Below are positions 12,400 through 24,056 of a DNA stretch of 64,000 nucleotides, piece by piece. The position numbers and the translations under genes are program-made. The stretch spans positions 10,170,001 to 10,234,000 of the forward strand of contig NC_087245.1 in NCBI RefSeq assembly GCF_037042905.1, in the 5' to 3' direction. Below the pieces are notes generated by a model. That model saw nothing but the letters and a program-made list of their open reading frames with translations, did no database searches and was not told the DNA's origin. Source of the DNA: Lytechinus pictus. Taxonomy: Eukaryota. Positions within the stretch are counted from its first letter, which is position 1. Every line of letters starts with the position of its first letter.

Positions 12400-12830
12400 C
12401 TTTTGTCCAAGCTTCATGAACTAGCTCAATACATATTACACTTCAAAGTAATGATGACAATTCAAAAACTTAACCTTAGGTTAAGCTTTTGATGTTGATT
12501 CCCCCAACATAGTCCAAGTTCATTGACCCTAAATGACATTTGACCTTGGTCATGTGACCCGAAACTATATAAGGCAGGATGTTAACCCTTATGTCCAAGT
12601 TTCATGAACTAGGTCCACAATATACTTTATAAGTGATGACATTTGATAACATCAACCACAACATGGTCAAAGTTCATTGATCTTGGCCATGTGACCTGAA
12701 AATCATGCACACTGATTTCCCTTACGTCCAAGTTTTATGAAATAGGCATATAATTATGATATTTCACAAACTTAACCTTGGATATGATTTCAATGTCTTA
12801 CAGTCTTGCTCTGATATGTCCAGGCAAGGC
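12400..12830 (-). mobile_element. Degraded copy of HINE family 1
   Basis: TGTCCAAGTTTCATGAACTAG, AAAACTTAACCTTAGGTTAAG and GTTCATTGACCCTAAATGAC motifs shared with 36197-37021 and 43976-44945. Confidence 0.7.
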
Positions 12831-13009
12831 AAAATTTATTACCTGATTTTACAATAAAAAGGAGATAGAATTATTAAAATCAGCTAAAATAATGAATGAT
12901 AAAAACCAGTTAAAATAGTAAAATTTATGAAAATTATAAAATGAATGTTAAAATTATTCAAAAGCAGATATAGGTAATAAGTGAACATTTCATTCATAAA
13001 AAAAATCAA

Positions 13010-13265
13010 GCCACAGGGCCAGGTTCCACTGACCGATGGACACAAAATGTATTCATAATGGATATAGTGGAAGAGCAAAATTTCGCAGGTGGCTATATCT
13101 GTTTTCATCCTCTCCACACAACGGACGAAATGGGCGAACAATGAAATCACTTTGGACGGATGCTCGATGGATATAGAGCATATGAAATATGTATGCAAAG
13201 AGTACACAATGATACATAACATTTTCCAATGGATGGCAATATTCTTTTCCAAATGTTTTTAAAAG
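13010..13265. mobile_element. Harbinger-like MITE, inverted copy of the family at 41565-42304
   Basis: AAAGAGTACACAATGATACATAACATTTTCCAATGGATGG matches the reverse complement of 41624-41665; homology spans about 250 bp. Confidence 0.7.
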
Positions 13266-13428
13266 GAGATATGAAACCCAACTTCTCAATAAAGTTCAAA
13301 TGATGTATAATCAAGTTTTTTTTTTTAGTAATTATTGTTGATATATATACTTTTTTGTCATTGTGTTATAATTTGCATTTCCCACTTTTATGTTCAATGT
13401 TTATAATATCATATATATTCAGTTTCCA

Positions 13429-14810
13429 GATGTTGACAGACCAGTTTGTTATTTGGGACTGGGACAGCAATACTGTTCGAAATATAATATTTTAATTGTC
13501 AATATATCTTGTAAACATATTGATCAACATAACAATGCTGAATATCTGGAAATATGACTTGATTAAAAAATAGATTTAATATCTTTACATATTCAGACAA
13601 AGATGTAAACAATTTCATCACAAAAGGCAGAAAACAGAGATTGAATATATCTGATCTTGTTACACAAGTAAAAAAAACCCTGTAAATTGCACCTATGTGC
13701 AGCAGATATAGCGTTAGAGTTGTCTATATTATAAAAAAAATTGATGTTTTGGAAAAGATTATTAATTTTGAATGACATAAAATTCATAACTGTTTATGTG
13801 GTTATAAAGTTTGTTATATGGGACTGGGACAGCAATGCTGTTTATATTCAAATTGTAAATATATCTTGTAAACATATTAATCAACATAACAATGCTGAAT
13901 ATCTGTAAACATATTAATCAACATAACAATGCTGAATATCTGGAAATATGACTTGATTAAAATATAAATTTAATATCTTTACATATTCAGAAAAAGATGC
14001 AAAAAATTTCATCACAAAAGGCAGAAAACAGAGATTGAATATATCTGATCTTGTTACACAAGTAAAAAAAACCCTGTAAATTGCACCTATGTGCAGCTGA
14101 TATAGCATCAGATTTGTCTTTATTATAAAAAAAAATTGATGTTTTGGAAAAGATTATTAACTTTGAATAACATAAAATTCATAACGGTTTATGTGGTTAT
14201 AAACTAAGTCTTAATGTTGATGGACCAGTTTGTTATATGGGACTGGGACAGCAATGCTGTTTATATTCAAATTGTAAATATATCTTGTAAACATATTAAT
14301 CACCATTACAATGCTGAATATCTGTAAACATATTAATCAACATAACAATGCTGAATATCTGGAAATATGACTTGATTAAAATATAAATTTAATATCTTTA
14401 CATATTCAGAAAAAGATGCAAAAAATTTCATCACAAAAGGCAGAAAACAGAGATTTAATATATCTGATCGTGTTACACAAGTAAAAAAAACCCTGTAAAT
14501 TGCACCTATGTGCAGCTGAAATAGCATTAGATTTGTCTTTATCATAAAAAAAGATATTTTTGGAAAAGATTATTAATTTTGAAAAACATAAAATTCATAG
14601 CTGTTTATATGGTTATAAACTAAGTCTTAATGTTGACAGACCAGTTTGTTATTTGGGACTGGAACAGCAATGCTGTTCAAAATATAATATTTTGATTGTA
14701 AATATATCTTGTAAACATATTGATCAATAAAACTATGCTGAATGTATGGAAATATGACTTGATTAAAAAACAAGTTGAATATCTTTACATATATTGACAA
14801 AATATGGAAA
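13429..14810. repeat. Tandem repeat, ~420-bp unit, ~3.4 copies
   Basis: Marker GGGACTGGRACAGCAA at 13455, 13820, 14239 and 14655. Confidence 0.95.
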
Positions 14811-15214
14811 AAAATTAAAGGTAAAAAGCTTTTTAGTTACCCACCTTACACATTTTTATGAGAATCCGATTTGAAGTTAGTTTACAAATCTAGCATTTTC
14901 CCACGTTTTGATTTGTTTATGATCCAGGAACCCCAAAATGAACTGTTTGCTAAATAAAAAATATAAGACAGGACTGGGCCACTCATCTTGAATATTAATT
15001 CATGTTATCATTTTAAACAATTATTTCAATATCAAATTAGGATGGTAGTCTGTCAAATCAAAGCGTAAAATAAATTCAAATATGGGACACAAATCCCTTC
15101 AAACTAAGTCCTATCTCGTCTAGAGAAGCCTTTCCAATATTGCTATTATTGCAAAAAAATTTTTTAACAATCTGAAACTAAGTGCATCTATGGAAAGTTC
15201 AAATAGAGAGTGAC

Positions 15215-15449
15215 TCAGTTTAGTTGCAAAAGGGGTTAGATCAACTTTGGACCATTCTGAGAAAAACCATGTTTTTTATTCTCTTTTATTGCAATATTCT
15301 TATGAGAAACTTGATTGTCATGATGTATTACCCTATCATGTGAACATAAAATTGGGTATAAAAGAAATCTACCTGTCTCCAATTTTTTTTCTATATATTT
15401 TAAAAAAAAATATCAATGTGGACTTTACCCCCTTTTGCAACTAAACTGA
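15215..15449. mobile_element. Inverted-repeat-bounded MITE remnant
   Basis: 21-bp inverted repeat TCAGTTTAGTTGCAAAAGGGG (15215-15235) / CCCCTTTTGCAACTAAACTGA (15429-15449). A third partial copy lies near 15600. Confidence 0.55.
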
Positions 15450-16649
15450 AATGGACCTAACTCCTTTTTTTTTAATGTGATTTTTCTTTGCCATTTTAGT
15501 TCACTTTTTAATAGGAATTTCACCTTTTCTTTGGTATCATCTTATAGAGCTACTAAAAATCTATACATTAAGAGATAAAAATCTCTTGAAAAATGGACCT
15601 TACCCCTTTTGCAAGTGAGCTCTTCAAATACAGAATTAGGACCAAACCAGAGATACTAAGATATTGAAATTTGGAGGAAAAAATTATTGTAAACCTGTAT
15701 AATTCAGTAAAATAACAAATACAACGCTGGTTTTCAGTATCATTTAAAATCCTCAATAATGAATCACTACCAATATGACAAAGACTTTGTACAACTAAAT
15801 TTCGAATAATGCAGATTTAATGAGATACAATAAAATATCTTTATTGTTTAATTGTCGCATGCAAAATTATTTTTGAATACGTGTCAGTTCATAGTGTTTA
15901 TTGATGATTGTATTATCAATAATTATTTGATTATCTAGCTGTTCCTTTTGATTGCAAATGAAATTCCTGAGGGAAAAGGTGAACAAAAGAAAAATATTGC
16001 AATTACTCATAATCTTTCCAATCACAAGGAAAATTCTCGTACCTAAGAGCAAATGCTGCCGAAGAACAGTTTGTATAAAGTCCTTATCATTAAAAAAGTC
16101 ACCCTAAAAAATTGAAAAAATAAAAATGGGCATAATTTTTTTCACATTCTTAGGCTTTGGTCTCATCTACCAGATGAAAGTATAATTTTTGAGACTCTAA
16201 TGCTTCAGTGAGCACTGTCCATTTGTGTAAAGCTCACAGAAACTGGTTTGCCCAGAAATTATGAGTTTTACATTGAGTAAATGGGAAAGGCAAAAATACA
16301 AAGTGACCGTGCTGTATATTTAACATCCTGGGGGCATTTTCGTTCAATGAAAATGAAATTTCATGCCTGGGTAAACAAACTTTTAGGTTGTTTATAACAT
16401 TTGGATAAGATGACATAAAATGAAACAAAATCAATGTAAACATTTCAGACATCTGATCTCAACCATTTAAAGGGGTGTTTAAATTTCATACTTCATATCA
16501 TACTTGTTTCTCGATTCCCCAGACATGACAAGTACCAAAAGTAAACTCAAGCCTTTTACTTTGTGCCAATCACTGCTCAAGTAAAGCAGATATCATTGCA
16601 ATGGTCCAGTTATGTGTAGGTATGGGGGGGGGGAAGCTTGAAGGGGTGT

Positions 16650-17560
16650 TTTGGTGACCCTCATGAAGCTCTACCAGATGGATGAAAAAAAAAAATTGGT
16701 CAACAAATTAAGTAGAAGAGGCATTTTCTGTGATTTATGAATAAATTTTGAATAAATTAAAATTATTTTCTACTCAAAATGTCAAGATTCTGTGTAGGAG
16801 TTTGGTGAACCTCATGAAATTCACCAGATGGAAGAAAAAAAATCAAAATTGATCAACAAATAAAGAAAAAGCTTTATATGTGAATTTTCAAAAATATGCA
16901 TAAATAAGCATACAAGTTTTTCTAGTCAAAATTTCAAAATTCTGAGTAGAAGTTTGGTGAACCTCATGAATCTTTACCAGAAGGAAGCAAAAAAATCAAA
17001 TCGGTCTACCAATAAAGGAGAAGCATTTTTTGTGAATTTTGAAAATGCACATTAGCATATTAAATGAGTTTCGAAATTCTTTGAAAATTTTTTGAATTTC
17101 CCACCTAATGCTATCATGTAGAGCAAAGAGAATTGGGATCTGACTTGAAATGACAAAGAAGCATTTTAAATTAAGGTCAACAAATAAAGAAGAGGCATTT
17201 CCTGTGATTTATGAATTTTGCATAAATTAGCGTAAATAATTTTCTCCTCAAAATTTCAATATTCTGTGTAGAAATTTGGTGAACTTTAGGAAGCTGAAAG
17301 AAAAAAAAAGATGAAAGAAAAAAAATCAAAATTGGTTAACAAATAAAGTAGTATTTCATGTGAATTTTATAAATGCGCATAAATTAGCATTTTCAATGAG
17401 TTTCAAAATTCTGTGTAGAAGTTTTGAATCCCCCACCTAGTGCTATCACATAAAGCAGACAGAATTAAAATCGGACTTGAAATACGAAGAAGCATTTTTA
17501 TATTGTGGACGGACAATCGATGACGGATGCCACGCCATGGCATAAGCTCGTCTTGAGCTA
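16650..17560 (-). mobile_element. HINE family 2, partial, ~150-bp core repeats
   Basis: Repeated TGGTGAACCTCATGAAGCTCTACCAGATGGAAG cores. The terminus GACGGATGCCACGCCATGGCATAAGCTC...GAGCTA matches those at 40745-40803 and 63335-63391. Confidence 0.8.
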
Positions 17561-17803
17561 TAAAGAAATTAATTGAATGGAAAGAGACCTATGTCATGAA
17601 CTAGATCAAAGTCAAACTTATGAAATTTCATCAAAACACTAAAAAAAATGTCAAAGTTCAAGGGAGAAAAATTATGTATGACCATAGCCATGTAACCTGA
17701 AAAGAATACAAAACAATTACTGATACTTGACTACTTTTATATCCAAGTTTCATGAACTAAATTGGTGAAAGTCATTTCATTTAAAAAACTTTAACTAGTT
17801 TAA

Positions 17804-18585
17804 CCCTAACTAAGCCGGGCTTTTTTGGCTGTTCTGTGGCCGGGGGGGGGGGGGGGGGTTGATTCAACCCCCCCTGAGATCTCGGCCGCCTATCGCACGA
17901 GCGCCGCAAAAATTTGCACGCTGGTAGTGTGTGATGGAAGTGTGCGATGTAATTTACAAGGCTGTATGGTAAAATTTTCCAAAATAATGATATTTTATTT
18001 TATATGAATTAATTATGCTAATTTATGCATAAATCATACTTTTTGCTCTAATTCACTAAATAAAGCTCCTAGAATGCTAATTTTTTATTAAAAATATTCT
18101 TTGTAGCATTCTTAACAATCACAATTGAAAAAAACTTCGTTTTGGAAATCAATTTCTTATGTATTTTATTGTTCTATGAATTTCTTATGTATTTCTTTGT
18201 TTTTCAACCTTTTGTTTTTCTTTGTTTTTTTCACCAGATTTATTGCACAACCTTTTGAAGCATAATTATGCTAAAATCAATTGATTTCAGCTGTTTAAAG
18301 TAAAAATAATCATATCTTTATGAATAAGATGAGAAAACTCAATTTGCATTGACTTTGTACACAAAATCACGTTTTGGAACAATTTTTGGTCTGACATGCA
18401 CTTACGAAATGTTGCGTAATTTCGGAACCACATACCCGGGTTTGTAAATTTGGTCTCAAAAGATGCGCAAGACTTAAAAGTATAAACTCTTCTGTGAGTG
18501 GCGCGGTCCAAAAATTTCGCGCAGTGGAATGATCGCAGAAAATGTTGAGGGGGTGGTTGATTCAATCCCCCCTGCCATTTTAGGG
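17804..18585. mobile_element. piggyBac-like MITE inserted into a HINE-1 remnant
   Basis: TTAA|CCCTAA...TTAGGG|AAGATTTC, inserted at the host GGTTAAGATTT motif. A subterminal palindrome GGGGTTGATTCAACCCC occurs near both ends. Confidence 0.75.
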
Positions 18586-20096
18586 AAGATTTCAATGTTG
18601 ATACCACAAAAATGGTCAAAGTTCATTGACTGTAACTGACCTTTTTCATTTGGCCTGAAAATCAAGCAAAATGATGAGTGATACATGATTATTTCAATGT
18701 CCAAGTTTCAGGGAAAAAGTCCATATACATTTTAAGTTATAAAATTTCAAAAACTAAACCTTGAGTAAGATTTAAAATTTTGATATTGCCGCTGCCGTCA
18801 GAAAAGCGGCACCTTCAATCTTGCTGTGCTCTGCAGCCACAACAATGAATTAATTTGTTTTCCCTACATATTTCTTTGTTTGTCAACTTTTTGTTTTTTA
18901 CTATTTTATATGGAAATTGTTGCCATTTTTATTCTGATCTAATACCAGATAAAATTGATTAAGCTTCAATCAGAAATGTATTTTGGCTAAAAACACAATT
19001 TGCACTAGACTTGTAGATGAATTCATGTGAGTTTTTTTTAGCAACTTTGGGTCTGACATTCACTAAAATGATGAATATAATAAAAGGGGTGGCAAATATG
19101 GTTTCAAAAGTTGCACAAGTCTCAAAGAAATATTCACTGAACGACATGTCATCAGCTTTTCGCAGTAGAGATTTCTCGCAAAAAAACAGCAGGGGGGATG
19201 CCATCCTCCAACTCATTTATGGAGAGAGGGTGCGATACATCCTCAAAAGTAAAATAAAATTGTCACAAGAGAATAAACAAAATAAACAAAAATAATAAAC
19301 CAAATACTTTAACGGTCAGATTAGAATGTAAAAGAATGCATTGCAATTTACTTGATTCTTATTATTAAACCTTCACCAATGATTAGGCCTTTAGTGTGAA
19401 GGCATCTTGTGCTTGCATCAAACACTGTTGCCTGTACACACCTGTGTTTCTTGGTTATCATTTATTGTTTGTTTTAAAGTGAGTGGGTCTTCAGTTTTCC
19501 TGGACACTTTGACACTATTTGGATATAAATCACTCTTGATCAAATCATGGTAGATCTTATGACAAGCAAACATAACGTAATGCCACTTGTGATTGCTTTC
19601 ATGGTAAAGTAATTATCTCACATTTCCTGGCCTGACTCTGTTGCCCAAGGCTTAATGAGGCTTGGAAAGTTGTCAATGGGACACCAAGTTTGCTTTTTCC
19701 TATCCCTGTTACAGGTATTTCCAATGCATTTTACAAAGTCTGGGGTCAGGAAATAATCCATACTACATGAAAGCTAACGCCCCACTGACTTAAAACTTTA
19801 ACTTTGAAGATAGCCAAGTAACTACTGACAGGAATATATCTCCAAAGATTAAGGAGACCGTGCATAGGAGCTTCCCAAAGATGGTAGTCATTAAATTTTG
19901 GACCATGTATAAGAACAAAATGCGAAGACTGGGAGAAATTATTCTTTATATTCAGAATACATAAAATGTGCTTTTATTCATATTAGCATAGAGACAGTCA
20001 GATGGTGCAACAAAGTTTAGCATCATTTTGGGGAAATTCCAATTGGATATAAAGGAACAGAAACCTATTTCCCAATCAGATTTCTAATTTTTAATA

Positions 20097-22145
20097 ATTC
20101 TTGTGCAACAGCACCCCTCGAAATCCGCATCTGCAGATTCTTGTGCAACAGTACTCTTCAAAATCAACATCTGCAGATTCTTGTCCAACAGCATTCTTCA
20201 AAATCCACATCTGCAGATTCTTGTCCAACATCATTCATCAAAATCCACATCTGCAGATTCTTGTCCAACAGCACTCTTAAAAATCCACATCTGCAGATTC
20301 TTATCCAATATCATTCTTCAAAACCCACATCTGCAGATTGCGTGACAGCACTCTTCAAAATCCACATCTGCAGATTTTTGTGTGATAGCACTCTTCAAAA
20401 TCCACATCTGCAGATTCTCGTGCAACACCACTACTCAAAATCCACATCTGCAGATTCTTGTGCAACACCACTACTCAAAATCCACATCCATAGATTTTGT
20501 GCAACACCACTCTTTAAAATCCACATCTGCAGATTCTTGTGCAACAGCACTCTTCAAAATCCCCATCTGCAGATTGCGTGACAGCACTCTTCAAAATCCA
20601 CATCTGCAGATTTTTGGGTGATAGCACTCTTCAAATTCCACATCTGCAGATTCTTGTGCAACACCACTCTCCAAAATCCACATCTGCAGATTCTTGTGCA
20701 ACAGCATTCTTGAAGATCCACATCTGCAGATTCTTGTGCAACACCACTCTTTAAATTCCACATCTGCAGATTCTTGTGTGACAGCATTCTTGAAGATCCA
20801 CATCTGCAGATTCTTGTTCAACAGCACTCTTTAAATTCCACATCTGCAGATTCTTGTGCAACAGCACTCTTAAAAATCCACATCTGCAGATTCTTGTGTG
20901 ACAGCACTCTTCAAAATCTACATTTGCAGATTCTTGTGCAACACCACTCTTTAAAATCCACATCTGCAGATTCTTGTGCAACAGCACTCTTCAAAATCCC
21001 CATCTGCAGATTGCGTGACAGCACTCTTCAAAATCCACATCTGCAGATTTTTGTGTGATAGCACTCTTCAAAATCCACATCTGCAGATTCTCGTGCAACA
21101 CCACTCTTTAAAATCCACATCTGCAGATTCTTGTGCAACAGCACTCTTCAAAATCCCCATCTGCAGATTGCGTGACAGCACTCTTCAAAATCCACATCTG
21201 CAGATTTTTGTGTGATAGCACTCTTCAAAATCCACATCTGCAGATTCTCGTGCAACACCACTACTAAAAATCCACATCTGCAGATTTTGTGCAACACCAC
21301 TCTTTAAAATCCACATCTGCAGATTCTTGTGCAACAGCACTCTTAAAAATCCCCAACTGCTAATTGCGTGACAGCACTCTTTTCAAAATCCACATCTGCA
21401 GATTTTTGTGTGATAGCACTCTTCAAAATCCACATCTGCAGATTCTTGTGCAACACCACTACTCAAAATCCACATCTATAGATTCTTGTGCAACACCACT
21501 CTTTAAAATCCACATCTGCAGATTCTTGTGCAACAGCACTCTTCAAAATCCCCATCTGCAGATTGCGTGACAGCACTCTTCAAATTCCACATCTGCAGAT
21601 TCTTGTGCAACACCACTCTCCAAAATCCACATCTGCAGATTCTTGTGCAACAGCATTCTTGAAGATCCACATCTGCAGATTCTTGTGCAACAGCACTCTT
21701 TAAATTCCACATCTGCAGATTCTTGTGTGATAGCACTCTTCAAAATCTACATTTGCAGATTCTTGTGCAACACCACTCTTTAAAATCCACATCTGCAGAT
21801 TCTTGTGTAACAGCACTCTTCAAAATCCCCATCTGCAGATTGCGTGACAGCACTCTTCAAAATCCACATCTGCAGATTTTTGTGTGATAGCACTCTTCAA
21901 ATTCCACATCTGCAGATTCTTATGCAACAGCATTCTTGAAGATCCACATCTGCAGATTCTTGTGCAATGTTCAGCACTCTTTAAATTCCACATCTACAGA
22001 TTCTTGTGCAACAGCACTCTTTAAATTCCACATCTGCAGATTCTTGTGCAACAGCACTCTTTAAATTCCACATCTGCAGATTCTTGTGCAACAGCACTCT
22101 TAAAAATCCACATCTGCAGATTTTTGTGCAACAGCACTCTTCAAA
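20097..22145. repeat. 40-bp satellite, ~51 units
   Basis: Unit ATTCTTGTGCAACAGCACTCTTCAAAATCCACATCTGCAG, containing the palindrome ATCTGCAGAT. A 37-bp deletion variant (ATTGCGTGACAGC) recurs seven times. Confidence 0.98.
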
Positions 22146-22360
22146 TATCAAGGATGGAAATGCACATTTTGCAGTTTGTGTGCAGTGCCGAATCGAGGGA
22201 CAGCTTCTTTAATGAAATTTGTTGCCAGTTTTGGCTCCTTGATTTGGAGGTATAGGCTTTGGACCTTCAAACAGCCTCATATCACTTTCCCATGATAAAC
22301 AATGACTAGATCTGTTATCTTCCCCAAAAGAATGAACCTATTTGGCCTTCATAGTCACTT
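22146..22360 (-). pseudogene. Start of a candidate exon that runs into the 40-bp satellite
   Basis: Acceptor aattacaatcAG (22362-22361) closes a 125-nt intron. The phase-1 frame reads EVTMKAK*VHSFGEDNRSSH...GPKPIPPNQGAKTGNKFH*RSCP. Confidence 0.4.
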
Positions 22361-22485
22361 CTGATTGTAATTTTTAAAAAAATATGTAAAGCTAAGCCTG
22401 CTGAATATGAGCACTGTAAACAGTGCACATACTTAGCAAATGTTTCACAAATTCACTTTCAACATCATACACTCACAAACATTAC

Positions 22486-22632
22486 CATCAGCAGCTGGTA
22501 CTTTGAATCTTTCTCTGTTTGCTCTCTGCCTTCAGGGGTGTCTCCATATAAAGTCCATGTTCCGATTGTACAGAAGGAAACCTATAGTTCAAGTCACCAA
22601 CAGTTTCCCAAAAGCCTCCTCGTCACTTTAAC
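22486..22632 (-). pseudogene. Symmetric phase 1-1 exon (147 nt)
   Basis: Acceptor ttttgttttagtctcatcAG, donor G|GTAATG. Reads G*SDEEAFGKLLVT*TIGFLLYNRNMDFIWRHP*RQRANRERFKVPAAD. Confidence 0.65.
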
Positions 22633-22787
22633 CTGATGAGACTAAAACAAAAGGTTAAACACTGCATGGATGGTACAAATGTCTATGAATCAAACAGCTA
22701 AGAAAGCCATGTGCAGAAAACAATAATCCTGTGTCCCAAATTTACTGCTGTTAAAAAGTCCCTAAAAGGATAAGGAATATGACTTAC

Positions 22788-22991
22788 CTCTTTGTCCTTC
22801 ATCTTCAAAAAGTCCACAATCCCTAACCAAAGAAACATTACTCCATTGCTAACTCTTTTTCATTCCATCTCTTATCCTTCATTTACAACATCACCATAAA
22901 AATTATTCTCTTTCCATTATTCTAAACCTACTAGTATCATCCCCCTACCAACCCTACACTTCAACATCAATAGGGCTAAGCAAATCTCTAT
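22788..22991 (-). pseudogene. Symmetric phase 1-1 exon (204 nt), extremely C-poor on the sense strand
   Basis: Poly-T tract then gtattgtAG acceptor; strong donor AG|GTAAGT; six in-frame stops; only 9 C in 204 sense-strand bases. Confidence 0.7.
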
Positions 22992-23792
22992 CTACAATAC
23001 AGTTTTGTAAAAAAAAAAAAAATTAAAAATGAATGGAAAAATAGAAGCCAGACTACAGTGTAGAGTACTAAAGTCAATCTAAATTGTGGATGAAGCAAGA
23101 TCTCCATATGACTCAGTCACGTTGAATTAAAGCTAATGTACTTTTCATGACTAAAACGCAAACTGGAATCAAATCTAAAAGGGATCAATCACCCTTTTAA
23201 CCAAACATATATATAATACTGATTAAAAAAACCCAATTCAACAAGGAGGCTTGTAGCACATTGAATACTCACAAAGAAAATGAAAAAAAAATGCAAAAAA
23301 TATGCATTTAGCTCTATTTCAACAGGGCTACTTCAGACCAGAATTTAAAGGAGGATTGACTACCCCCCCCCTTCTGGCAACCAATTAGATGATCAGGTTG
23401 GGTTAATCTATGAGTTGTAGATGAATGGCATGTGTAGCCAAAGACGGACAGATACTGATAATGTACGTGACAACTTCCCACCCACTCCCCCCAAAAAAAG
23501 AAGAAAAAAAATCTCCATTGACAGTGATAAGATTTGTGTTTGTACAATATATACATTTTTTTCTAATCTGGGTTTACTTTGAATAAAATAATATACTGAA
23601 AATAACACGATTTTCCAGCTCCCATGTAGATAATAGCACAAATATAATTTTTCATCATTCACTGGAATTCCTGGCTTAATACTCATGGGATCTTATGCCC
23701 TCATATTTGCTGCTCCGTTCACCGACAATTTAAGGGACAAGCCCGGTCAGCCCATTACTCACAGGAGCTCTAACAAATAAAGGCACCAGCCC

Positions 23793-23875
23793 CCAATAAG
23801 AAGCCAATCAGACAAGTGAGTGATGACAAAATAAGATTTATAAAGCTGGCTGAGCATGCTGTTTGCCTTCATTCC
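23793..23875 (+). promoter_or_regulatory. Candidate Pol II core promoter (CCAAT, TATA, Inr)
   Basis: CCAAT at 23793, AGCCAATCAG at 23802-23811, TATAAA at 23839-23844, and Inr-like TCATTC with its A at 23871 (TATA at -32). Confidence 0.3.
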
Positions 23876-23883
23876 TGGCCCAG

Positions 23884-24053
23884 GGGCCCGTTTCATAAAG
23901 CTGTTCGTTAGTTACGAACAACTTTACGCACGACTGGTGATCCTATCTTGTGCTATGTGATGTCCCTGTATAATTGATTTATGACCTAAGAACATGTTCC
24001 AGTCGTTCGTAAAGTTGTGCGTAACTTTACGAACAGCTTTATGAAACACCACC
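23884..24053. mobile_element. Harbinger-like palindromic MITE
   Basis: TIR core GTTTCATAAAGCTGTTCGT / ACGAACAGCTTTATGAAAC. TSD CAG (23881-23883, 24054-24056). Confidence 0.9.
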
Positions 24054-24056
24054 CAG

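Noticed and set aside
20097..22145. CRISPR-like appearance of a regular repeat with a palindromic core
   Set aside because: The whole 40-bp unit repeats head-to-tail with no unique spacers, there are no cas genes, and the context is eukaryotic.
20103..22255. Cys/His-rich ORFs in the satellite (metallothionein- or zinc-finger-like)
   Set aside because: The unit length is not a multiple of 3, so the same peptides cycle through all frames on both strands.
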